Shown here: in pieces, positions 1-8,547 of the stretch
How the letters are laid out: each line of letters begins with the position of its first letter
Position numbering within the stretch: position 1 is the stretch's first letter
Origin: Promethearchaeota archaeon
GTDB lineage: Archaea > Asgardarchaeota > Lokiarchaeia > Sigyniarchaeales > SOKP01
Assembly (NCBI GenBank): GCA_016926735.1
Contig: JAFGOA010000082.1
Span: forward strand, 1-17,666
Length of the DNA stretch: 17,666 nucleotides
Reading direction: 5' to 3'
Position numbers and translations under genes: made by a program
Notes under the pieces: generated by a model
What the model was told of the DNA's origin: nothing
Databases searched by the model: none
The model's input: only the letters and a program-made list of their open reading frames with translations

Positions 1-30
1 CATTGATGAATTATTGATTTATAGATATCC

Positions 31-76
31 TCACTCAATTCATTCCCTCCATAAAGGTAGGGGTCTTCTTGAGTGA
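31..76. mobile_element. IS200/IS605-type end (REP-like) hairpin remnant
   Basis: TCACTCAA (31-38) pairs with TTGAGTGA (69-76), enclosing an inner bulged hairpin CCCTCC-ATAAA-GGTAGGG. The CAATTCATxCCC..TAAAG..GGGGxxTTCTTG pattern resembles IS200/IS605 subterminal hairpins. No transposase in the window. Confidence 0.5.
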
Positions 77-170
77 TAAAAGATAAAAGGATATAAGAAA
101 TTAAGATTAAATCTTTTTTTTTATGATAAGAAGAATATCCTAAAATCTTAAGATAGTAATATTTAAGACA

Positions 171-210
171 ATCATCGTAAAATGGGGGTATTACTAAATT
201 GACGCTAATA
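171..210 (+). repeat. Dispersed cassette-boundary site, copy 1
   Basis: ATCATCG-TAAAATGGGGGTATTACTAA-attgacg-CTAATA. The downstream arm (ATTAAT at 245, continuing to ~340) is homologous to that of copy 5. Confidence 0.9.
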
Positions 211-399
211 CACAATATATTCTATTTCACTAGACAATAGCGGGATTAATGTAAATAACATAATATCCAGTAATATTATTAAACTTTCAAGAGATTCTTA
301 AAAGATATAAAATCAATTGATTCTTAATCTTAAGAGATATTTATGATAAATTCTATATATAATAATTTAAACAAATAATCTTTTTTAAAAAAAGAAACC

Positions 400-786
400 T
401 TATGATTTACCTTTCTTTTCTCTCCAGATATAAAAATCATAATATTTTTGAACTTGATTTTTCTTCTCTTTTACTTTTTTTAAATATTTTTCTCTTAGTG
501 AATTTAAGCTATTTTCTCCTAAATCTATTGCATCATTAAATATTTCCCCTATTAGTGTTAATTCCATTTTCTTAGGTTGGAACAATTTAAAAAATGCAAA
601 TGGATTATTAGGATTAATGTCTATTTCTCGTACTATCATATCATACATATGATCTCTAATAAAATCTGCTAAATCATAACCACAATAATTATTATTTTCA
701 TCTATTAGATAATTTAATATATTTTCATAAGCAATATTAAGCTCTTCAAAAAATTTCTTATCTTCTCTCTTTTCTATTTTAAACAC
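400..786 (-). CDS. Hypothetical protein (128 aa)
   Basis: Open frame ending in TAA, no recognisable motif. The called GTG overlaps an SD-like AGGTG, so the true start may be slightly downstream. Confidence 0.7.
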   Translation of the reverse strand: MFKIEKREDKKFFEELNIAYENILNYLIDENNNYCGYDLADFIRDHMYDMIVREIDINPNNPFAFFKLFQPKKMELTLIGEIFNDAIDLGENSLNSLREKYLKKVKEKKNQVQKYYDFYIWREKKGKS

Positions 787-1157
787 CTATTTATATATCT
801 TTATTAATATATAAAACTTGATCTCCATTTAAGGTTTTTTTGTTTAATATTACTATCTATTACTAATCCTATCAATGAAGCTTGGAACGTTTTATTAAAG
901 AAATTAAATTATTTTTTTGCTCTTTATATATTATAAGAATAATATCGATTAATTGGGAACTTAGATTTCCCATAAATAACAATAGGAATAATTTAACCTT
1001 AGGGCTGGTCTTTTTGAAAAAAAAGATTAATAATTAGAATAGAAATTACTGAATTTTTATAAATAATTTGAAGGTTATGTAAATACATATATGTTCATTA
1101 TACTTCTATTTATAATATACTTAACAAAATTTTACTATTTTTAAAGGTTATTAAATT

Positions 1158-4100
1158 ATCTTAGAAGAAACTATAAAGGATTTAAATTTTCCAATTATTG
1201 GAATTGGGGCATCAGCAGGAGGTCTTGAAGCATTTGAGCAATTTTTCTCAAATATTTCCTCAGATACTGGTATGGCATTTGTTTTAATATCTCATTTAGA
1301 TCCAAACCATAAAAGTGATTTAACTGATTTAATAAAATTATATACAAAAATGAATTGTATAGAAGTCAATGAAGGTATGAGGATATCACCTAACCATATT
1401 TATATTATTCCTCCCAATTTTAATTTGGAAATAAAAGAGGGTGTATTCTATCTCAAAAAACCCAATATCATTAGGGGATTGAGATTACCAATTGATTTCT
1501 TTTTCAAGTCTTTAGCTTTAGAAAAAAAGGATCAAGCAATAGGAATTGTTCTTTCAGGAACAGGAACAGATGGTACACTTGGTATTAAAGAAATAAACGC
1601 TATTGGAGGATTGGCTATTGTTCAAGATCCGCATTCAGCGAATTATGATGGGATGCCAAAAAGTGTAATAATGAATGCTATTGCAGATTATGTCTTACCA
1701 GTGAATACAATCCCCGAGGTGTTGATAAAATATGTTAATGAAAAATTGAAATATAAAAAAAAAAAAGTTGATATAAAAGATTTAGAGTTTCATAATGATC
1801 TCTCTGAAATATTTACTATTTTAAGTACAAAATTAAATCATGATTTTTCTTGTTATAAAGAAAATACAATGATCAGACGTATAGAGAGAAGAATGGTTAT
1901 TAAACATATTAATAATATACATGATTATATAAATTATCTTCGTAAAAATCCAATCGAAATTGAGGTTCTCTTTAAAGAATTATTAATAGGGGTAACATAT
2001 TTTTTCCGGGATAAAGAAGCATATGATATTTTGAGAAAAAAGGTTATTCCTGAACTTTTTAAAGATTGTACTCAAAATAAAACAATTAAAATTTGGATTC
2101 CAGGATGCTCTACTGGAGAAGAACCATATTCCTTAGCAATATTATTTCAAGAATATTTAGATAAGAATAATAAATCGTGTAAGATACAGATTTTTGGGAC
2201 GGATATTGATGAGGTAGCAATAGAAAAGGCGCGTAATGGAATATATCTAGATAATATTGTAGTTGATGTATCATCTGATCGTCTAAATAAATTTTTTATT
2301 GTGGAAGGTAATAATTTTAAAATAAAACCAATCATAAGAGAAAAACTAGTGTTTGCAGTGCAAGATCTCATAACAGATCCTCCTTTTTCAAATGTAGATT
2401 TGATTGTTTGTAGAAATTTATTGATTTATTTAACACCAGATATCCAAAAAAAAATATTAACATTGTTCTATTATTCTCTTAATTCTGATGGTTATTTATT
2501 TTTAGGTAGCTCAGAATCTATAAGTAATCTATCTCAATTATTCATTGAAATTGACAGAAGATGGAAAATTTATCAATGTAAAAAAGTTGCTCCTTTACTT
2601 TTAGGTATATCAAGACCATTTCCCCCATTAACACATTACACTTTAAGACCCAATAAACGAGATGATTTTAAGAGTCCAGATATAATAAACTATAAGGATT
2701 TAATGGAAGAATTCTTAATAAAAACATATACTCCTCCTTCTATATTAGTGAATGAAAAAGGAGATATTTTATATATTCATGGAAAAGTTAATTCCTATCT
2801 TGATTTACCAGAGGGAGAGGCAAAAATGAATATTTTTGAGATGTCAAAGGATAATTTAAAAATACACTTAGCATCAGGTATAAGAAAAATAAATAAATCT
2901 AATAAACCAATAATATATGAAAATTTATCAATTAGATTGAATGGAAGTATTATTAGATTTAATCTAATGATATCACCAATTAATCAACTTAACTCATTCA
3001 ATGGTTTAATCATGATAACATTTATAGAATTAACGCCTGATCTAATCGCAGAAGAAGAATTAGAAGTTATTGATATAAAGGATACAATTATAGACATTAG
3101 AGTTAAGGAATTAGAGGAAGAATTGCTCTCTACAAAACAATATCTTCAGACAACAATTGAAGAACTTGAGAACACTAATGAAGAATTACAATCATCTAAT
3201 GAAGAACTACAGAGTACAAACGAAGAAATACAAACTTCTAAAGAAGAACTTCAATCTTTAAATGAGGAATTAACTACTGTTAATTCAGAGCTTGAAACTA
3301 AAATAACGGAATTATCAGAGGTTAATTCAGATTTATCTAATTTCATTTCAAGCACTGATATTGCTACTCTCTTCATAGATGGAAATTCTATAATTCAACG
3401 GTTTTCTCCAAATATAAAAGAAATTTTAAATATTATAGAAACAGATATTGGACGCCCTATAGAACACATCTCATCAAATCTCCAATATGATTCCTTAGTT
3501 CAAGATGCTAAAGAAGTCCTTAAAAAATCAATTACATTAGAAAAAGATGTTCAAACAAAAGATAATCAATGGTATAGCATGCGTATAATTCCATACAGGA
3601 CAATTAACAATATTATATCTGGAGTAGTTATAACATTTTTTAATATCTCTATTAGAAAAAAAATAGAAGAAGAAAAGATAGAAACTATGTTATTTGCCGA
3701 AAATATTGTAGAAACAACTAGAACACCATTGTTAGTCATAGATAATAACCTAAAGGTTATTAAAGTAAATTCTGCATTTTGTAAGTTATTCCAAGTCGAT
3801 AAAAAAGAAACAGAAAACAATTTTATTTTTGAATTAGGAAATAAACAATGGGATATCCCAAAATTACGTGAAATCCTGGATAAAATCATTAAAACTCATT
3901 CAAAAATTAAAGATTTTGAAGTAGATCATAATTTTGAAAAAATTGGTCAAAGAATTATGCTTCTTAATGCTAAAGAATTAAAAAGAAAAGAAGATTCTTT
4001 AATATTAATATCCATTGAAGATATAACAGAAAAAAAGGTCGCTAATGATAAATTGATCGAATCAAGAGAAATGTTTAAAGATGCTTACCAAAAGGTTGAA

Positions 4101-4778
4101 TTTTATAAAGATATTTTTATCCATGATATAAATAATATTCTACAAATTATACTTAGTTCTAGCGAACTTATTAAAAATATCCTAAAAAATCCTGAAGGTT
4201 ATGAGAAAATAATAGAAATGAATAATATGATTTTAAATCAAATTAAAAATGGTAAAAATTTAGTAAAAAACATTTCATTATTATCTCAGATAGATCAAAT
4301 TGGAGGAAATAATTATCTTTACCAAATATCTACTTTAATTGATAAGAGTATTGAAAATGTAAGAAATTCGTTTCCTAATAGAAAGATTGATTTTAATCTC
4401 GATTATAATAATAGAGAGTTAAAGGGATATATTAATGATCTATTATATAATGCAATAGAGAATATATTTATTAATTCAATCAAACATAGTGATAAAAACT
4501 CTATTCAAATTAATATTAAAGTTTCTAAAGAGGAAATTCAAAATGTAAATTATATTAAGATTGAGGTTGAAGATAACGGTCCAGGAATACCAGATGATCT
4601 AAAAAATCTAATTTTTAAAAATAAAATTAAATTCAGTGAAGTAGGATTGGGAATGGGATTGTATATTGTGAAAAAAATAATTGAAAGTATAAACGGAAAG
4701 ATTTATATCAAAAATCGTGTTAAAAACGATTATTCTAAAGGATTAAATGTGATCATATTATTAAGAGAAGAGGAATAA
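1158..4778 (+). CDS. CheB methylesterase-CheR methyltransferase-coiled coil-PAS-PAS-histidine kinase fusion protein
   Basis: CheB: GIGASAGG (in frame from 1200, upstream of the called ATG at 1272), ISHLDP, GTGTDG. CheR: WIPGCSTGEEPYS, GTDID, CRNLLIY. Coiled coil NEELQSSNEELQSTNEE, then PAS domains. Kinase: H-box FIHDINNILQ, EDNGPGIP, GLGMGL. The start is uncertain: the frame opens after TAA 1152-1154 with no ATG/GTG/TTG before 1272. Confidence 0.93.
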   Translation: MLEETIKDLNFPIIGIGASAGGLEAFEQFFSNISSDTGMAFVLISHLDPNHKSDLTDLIKLYTKMNCIEVNEGMRISPNHIYIIPPNFNLEIKEGVFYLKKPNIIRGLRLPIDFFFKSLALEKKDQAIGIVLSGTGTDGTLGIKEINAIGGLAIVQDPHSANYDGMPKSVIMNAIADYVLPVNTIPEVLIKYVNEKLKYKKKKVDIKDLEFHNDLSEIFTILSTKLNHDFSCYKENTMIRRIERRMVIKHINNIHDYINYLRKNPIEIEVLFKELLIGVTYFFRDKEAYDILRKKVIPELFKDCTQNKTIKIWIPGCSTGEEPYSLAILFQEYLDKNNKSCKIQIFGTDIDEVAIEKARNGIYLDNIVVDVSSDRLNKFFIVEGNNFKIKPIIREKLVFAVQDLITDPPFSNVDLIVCRNLLIYLTPDIQKKILTLFYYSLNSDGYLFLGSSESISNLSQLFIEIDRRWKIYQCKKVAPLLLGISRPFPPLTHYTLRPNKRDDFKSPDIINYKDLMEEFLIKTYTPPSILVNEKGDILYIHGKVNSYLDLPEGEAKMNIFEMSKDNLKIHLASGIRKINKSNKPIIYENLSIRLNGSIIRFNLMISPINQLNSFNGLIMITFIELTPDLIAEEELEVIDIKDTIIDIRVKELEEELLSTKQYLQTTIEELENTNEELQSSNEELQSTNEEIQTSKEELQSLNEELTTVNSELETKITELSEVNSDLSNFISSTDIATLFIDGNSIIQRFSPNIKEILNIIETDIGRPIEHISSNLQYDSLVQDAKEVLKKSITLEKDVQTKDNQWYSMRIIPYRTINNIISGVVITFFNISIRKKIEEEKIETMLFAENIVETTRTPLLVIDNNLKVIKVNSAFCKLFQVDKKETENNFIFELGNKQWDIPKLREILDKIIKTHSKIKDFEVDHNFEKIGQRIMLLNAKELKRKEDSLILISIEDITEKKVANDKLIESREMFKDAYQKVEFYKDIFIHDINNILQIILSSSELIKNILKNPEGYEKIIEMNNMILNQIKNGKNLVKNISLLSQIDQIGGNNYLYQISTLIDKSIENVRNSFPNRKIDFNLDYNNRELKGYINDLLYNAIENIFINSIKHSDKNSIQINIKVSKEEIQNVNYIKIEVEDNGPGIPDDLKNLIFKNKIKFSEVGLGMGLYIVKKIIESINGKIYIKNRVKNDYSKGLNVIILLREEE

Positions 4779-5077
4779 CTTTATTAGGAATATCCATAAT
4801 AGGGGACAGTCAAATTGAACTACTCACCCCTAAACAGTACCGAGTATTTTTTTTTTGTTACATTTTTCATCACTTCCTTTGAATCGGAAATATAGCTAAA
4901 TTATAGCGGTTCTTCCATGTAAAGCATGATCCAATTGAGTGTACATTGAATTAAAAAATAAATAGGACATTAAGAAAAAAAATATAATGAAGATGTTTTT
5001 TTTTTTAGTCAACTAAGAATATTGATACTCAAAAATCGGTTTATTTTAATAATCCCATAATTATTTTTCATTTTAAT

Positions 5078-5107
5078 ATGTGTGTAATTACTAAAATTTC
5101 TTTAATA
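5078..5107 (+). repeat. Possible degenerate copy of the boundary site
   Basis: ATGTGTGTAATTACTAA-aatttct-TTAATA versus consensus ATGGGGGTATTACTAA-N7-CTAATA. Intergenic and same orientation as the clear copies. Confidence 0.35.
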
Positions 5108-5351
5108 TCTATCTTTTTCAATACCATAGACCTTGTACTATAGCTATAGATTATTTAAGAATATTTATTTAAACAATCATAAAGTAGATTTTATGTATGT
5201 GACAAAATAATCTTGAGTATTATCAAAATAATCGATAATAATCTAAATAATTGTGATTAAAAAAATTGATAATTAAAATCATCATTATATTTTATTAAAA
5301 CTTAGCTAGAGACTACTGAATAATTTAATTTATATAATTTGAGAAAAATTT

Positions 5352-5759
5352 TTAAATTTCAACTTGGATCTTTTCAATATCCATCTTTTCTTTTTCTAAT
5401 TGTTTAATTTCTTTTAGTATAACTTTTTTTTTAGTTTTTTCTGCCTTATCAATTGCTTTTATTTTTATTAAAAATTCTTTTTCTTTTTCTTTTTTTAGAT
5501 TTGTTAAATCATTTTCTATACTTTTAGTGGAAGTAATTAGTTCTTTTACTTTTTCTGTCCATTTATTCTTCTCTTGAATATCTTTTTCAAGATCTACTTG
5601 TTCTGAATTTAGTTTATCATCCATATTGCTAATTTGTTTATCATATTTCTCCTTAACTTCATCTTTTATAGAAGCATGTTTATTTTTTGCTTCTTCTTCT
5701 ATACGAGATATTTCGTCATATTTTGCCATAATCTGACCGTTTATAAGTTCTTTTGACAT
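5352..5759 (-). CDS. Hypothetical coiled-coil (Lys/Glu-rich) protein
   Basis: Highly charged, helical-looking ORF. ATG at 5759 is preceded by SD-like GATGTGA; the ORF track's GTG at 5768 lies within that SD. Confidence 0.75.
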   Translation of the reverse strand: MSKELINGQIMAKYDEISRIEEEAKNKHASIKDEVKEKYDKQISNMDDKLNSEQVDLEKDIQEKNKWTEKVKELITSTKSIENDLTNLKKEKEKEFLIKIKAIDKAEKTKKKVILKEIKQLEKEKMDIEKIQVEI

Positions 5760-5933
5760 TTTTTTCACATCTATTATTTACTTAATTTTATTGATATATA
5801 ATATTATTATTTGGTAATATTTAAATATTCTCATATGGTAATATTAATATATAATAATAAAAATAATTTGAAACAGGATCTAATTTATAAAATTTATCTA
5901 TTTAATTAGTAAAAAGAGATTTAGGATAATATC

Positions 5934-6266
5934 ATGAGTATAAATGTATTAAGAATGACTTCTAAATTTTTTAAATTATTGAGTGATGTTAATGTATTGA
6001 AAATAATTTTACTATTGAAAAATAATGAGAAATCTTTCCAAGTAATTCAAAATAATTTAAATATTACACAATCTCACCAATCTCATTTAATGAGAAAACT
6101 TATTGATTCAAATATTTTAATTGTTCGAAGAGAACAAAGAAAAAAAATTTATAAAATAAAAAATAAAATAATATTTAGAATTCTTGGGGAAGCAAAAGGG
6201 TTTCTAACAGAAATACAAAAAGAAAAAATTGACGAATTAAAAGATTTTAATCTTTATGATATTTAA
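5934..6266 (+). CDS. ArsR/SmtB-family winged-HTH transcriptional regulator
   Basis: FFKLLSDVNVLKIILLL...ITQSHQSHLMRKL...RREQRKKIY matches the ArsR wHTH pattern. Confidence 0.85.
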   Translation: MSINVLRMTSKFFKLLSDVNVLKIILLLKNNEKSFQVIQNNLNITQSHQSHLMRKLIDSNILIVRREQRKKIYKIKNKIIFRILGEAKGFLTEIQKEKIDELKDFNLYDI

Positions 6267-6273
6267 TTTATAA

Positions 6274-6558
6274 TATTATTGTTTAAGAATATTAGTTCTT
6301 ACTGATAGTATGCATCTTATATCATATAATCAAAAATCATTTAATATTACATATCTAACACTTCAAAGCCATCTTAAATTTTTCGAAAGATTATCCAATC
6401 AAATCCAACTCATAAAAAGAATTAAAATAGGAAAAGAAATCATCTATTTTTTTTAGATCATCTCTAAAAAAGAATATACTTTATTGAGAAATCAAGATCA
6501 GAAAATAAAAGAAATAATTAAACAATTTAAAAATAATGGAGTCAAGGTATCAATATGA
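6274..6558 (+). pseudogene. Degraded winged-HTH regulator fragment
   Basis: Manual translation gives ...QKSFNITYLTLQSHLKFFE...LIKRIKIGKEIIYFF* (TAG 6454-6456, after a T8 run), then EYTLLRNQDQKIKEIIKQFKNNG further downstream. Resembles archaeal double-wHTH regulators. Confidence 0.4.
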
Positions 6559-6629
6559 TAATTTTATTGTAAAATATAATTATTTTCACTTTTACACGAT
6601 AATTTGTTTTTTAACAATGAAAATATTTA

Positions 6630-6695
6630 TTTCATGGAAAAAGTGAAGTTTTTAATGGAATTTGGAAGTGAAATGGGGATATCACTAAACACCTT
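6630..6695 (+). repeat. Boundary site copy 2 (left arm and core only)
   Basis: TTTCATGGA...TTTTAATGGA...GTGAAATGGGGATATCACTAA with ATGG at 6634/6655/6673 (spacing 21/18). The right half, CTAATAA, is not conserved. Confidence 0.85.
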
Positions 6696-6890
6696 CTGGT
6701 GAATGATTAACCTTATATCATTAAGAATTTAAGAAGATGAATAAATATCTTAATGATAAAAAAAGAAATAGGAAAATTTGGACATTTTATTTGGATTTTA
6801 ATCTCCGTCTTGTTCTTTACTTGTTATAAATTTATATAGATGATTGAAATACAATACAAAAAAATATTAGATTTCATTGATTTGATTTAG

Positions 6891-7039
6891 AGTTTTCCAA
6901 TTATTGAAAAAGGTGATATATAAAAAATATTATTTTGGTATGAGTCCATCAGATCCATACTTAAATATCACTTCTCTAACCTCCTATTTAGGAAAAAAAA
7001 AGACTTAGAAGTTAATATATATTCTTTTTTTAATTTTTA
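6891..7039. repeat. Empty-site copy of the locus at 12385-13408
   Basis: 6891-7003 aligns to 12385-12500, and 7005-7039 is identical (35 bp) to 13374-13408. Confidence 0.9.
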
Positions 7040-7333
7040 ATCATAGATCAAAATAATCAAGAAAAAAAATAAAAATATAATATTTATTTCAATATTATTG
7101 TAGTATTGACTTAATGGACCCAAAACCTAAATGGGAACAATATATCCGTCTAAAATGCATATTTTTCCAATTTAGATTTGAAAATCGAAAAGATTAGTTT
7201 CCTCATTCAATATTATCATCTAATAAAAGTTATATTAGATTAGATCGGAAGATAAAAGAGGAAAATTATGAAATAAAATAAAATGACTCTACTGTTAAAT
7301 TCTAATTTTAAAAGAAAATAAAACGAAATATAT

Positions 7334-7705
7334 TTAAGAAAGTTTCATTATTTTTCCAGATTTTATTAGTCTACAAAAATATGGGATATCTTCCTTAGGA
7401 TTACCAATCATTTTACTTAAAATAGCTTCTTTTTTATATCTTGGATGAAAATGATGTGGTCTGGTAGAAACTACCCATCTATCATCATAATTATCAAAAC
7501 GACAACGATCCAATTCTATATTTGAAAAAATAATAGAATAACTATATTGTTCATAGTTATTAAACTAAATATACACAATATATCCATTAGTGAGTTCTAA
7601 ATTAATTCTTGGATCCTCTTGATTTATAGCAATTCTTGATATAGATTTTTTTAATTGTTTTTCTACGATAATCTGTGAAATATTTATTTTTTGTAAAGCA
7701 TTCAT
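7334..7705 (-). pseudogene. TumE/DUF6516-like toxin interrupted by an in-frame TAG at codon 47
   Basis: Manual translation: MNALQKINISQ...NGYIVYI*FNNYEQYSYSIIFSNIELDRCRFDNYDDRWVVSTRPHHFHPRY...KLS*. The RxDN...STxPHHxH motif is DUF6516-like. The ATG overlaps the upstream gene's TGA (TGATG). Confidence 0.75.
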
Positions 7706-7947
7706 CAATTTTTACTCCATGATATTTTCAATTCCTGTAACTCATCTCGTTTATCAAGGATATTTCTTAGAGAAATAGCATCTGGCTCTGCTTCTTGGAG
7801 AGTTCCATCTGCGGCATGTTTTAAGAAAAGTTCAGCTGATGTATAATTCCATTTTGATAATAGTGTATTTATCGTATCAGTGATTAATTTAAGTTTTGAA
7901 TCCAGTAAATCAAAAAGTAGATCCTTATCAACTAAAATTGATGTCAT
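7705..7947 (-). CDS. Putative antitoxin (TumA-like small helical protein)
   Basis: 80-aa acidic helical protein (LLSKWNYTSAELFL), translationally coupled to the DUF6516-like gene. Confidence 0.7.
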   Translation of the reverse strand: MTSILVDKDLLFDLLDSKLKLITDTINTLLSKWNYTSAELFLKHAADGTLQEAEPDAISLRNILDKRDELQELKISWSKN

Positions 7948-8210
7948 GATTAATACAATTTAATTTTACAATAATTTTTTATATTATATTAAGAATAGAG
8001 GTTTTGTTATAATAATATTTGATATATAAATTATTCAAAAAAAAATATCATTTTCCTCCTATTTATTTAAAAAATTTCCTTTTATATAAAGAGTTAATGA
8101 TTTTATAGAAGGTCTAATTCCTTGCTTCTCACTAATAATAGCTAAAATATTTATAAAGTAGACAAGAGCGGTTCTAATATCTATCCCCTTATAATAAAAT
8201 ATAAAAAAGT

Positions 8211-8241
8211 TCAATGTGATAGGATTTGAACCTATATCTCC
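8211..8241 (-). other. tRNA 3'-end-like fragment (T-arm plus acceptor 3' strand)
   Basis: Minus strand reads GGAGAT-ATAGG-TTCAAAT-CCTAT-CACATTG-A followed by a T-run: a perfect 5-bp stem with a TTCAAAT loop. No 5' half found. Confidence 0.4.
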
Positions 8242-8320
8242 TAAAAAAAGTTTTTTTTAATTACATTTTTCTGATATTTATATCATAGATAAAAATTTTT
8301 TTATTAAAATCAAGAATAGG

Positions 8321-8394
8321 TTTTAATGGACAATTGAGTGATTTTAATGGAAAATCAACGTGAAATGGGGGTATTACTAAATTCATACTAATAA
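8321..8394 (+). repeat. Boundary site copy 3 (complete)
   Basis: TTTTAATGGA x2, then CGTGAAATGGGGGTATTACTAA-attcata-CTAATAA. ATGG at 8326/8347/8365; ATTAAT 40 bp after CTAATA. Confidence 0.95.
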
Positions 8395-8547
8395 GCTACT
8401 AGTATTATTTTATTATTAATTGGAATGATTAATGGAAATAAAAATTATAAACAAAAATAAAATCAATATATTAATATACTTGGGGATTAAAGATTTAATT
8501 ATTATTATAATAATCCTAAAATTCTATAATAAAGATGTGAAAATAAT

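Noticed and set aside
2147-3889. Minus-strand ORFs 2147-2371 and 3566-3889
   Set aside because: Antisense shadows of the CheBR kinase gene with no motifs.
4895-4946. Minus-strand peptide YTQLDHALHGRTA resembling a DDE integrase C-terminal motif
   Set aside because: Only 16 codons with no flanking transposase sequence; likely chance.
7114-7281. Short frame MDPKPKWEQY... with an internal TAG
   Set aside because: Only ~55 codons with no recognisable similarity; too weak to count as a gene or as evidence of readthrough.
8321-8394. Boundary site as a classical integron attC or XerCD dif site
   Set aside because: No RYYYAAC...GTTRRRY long imperfect palindrome and no 11-6-11 dif symmetry; cargo genes face both directions.
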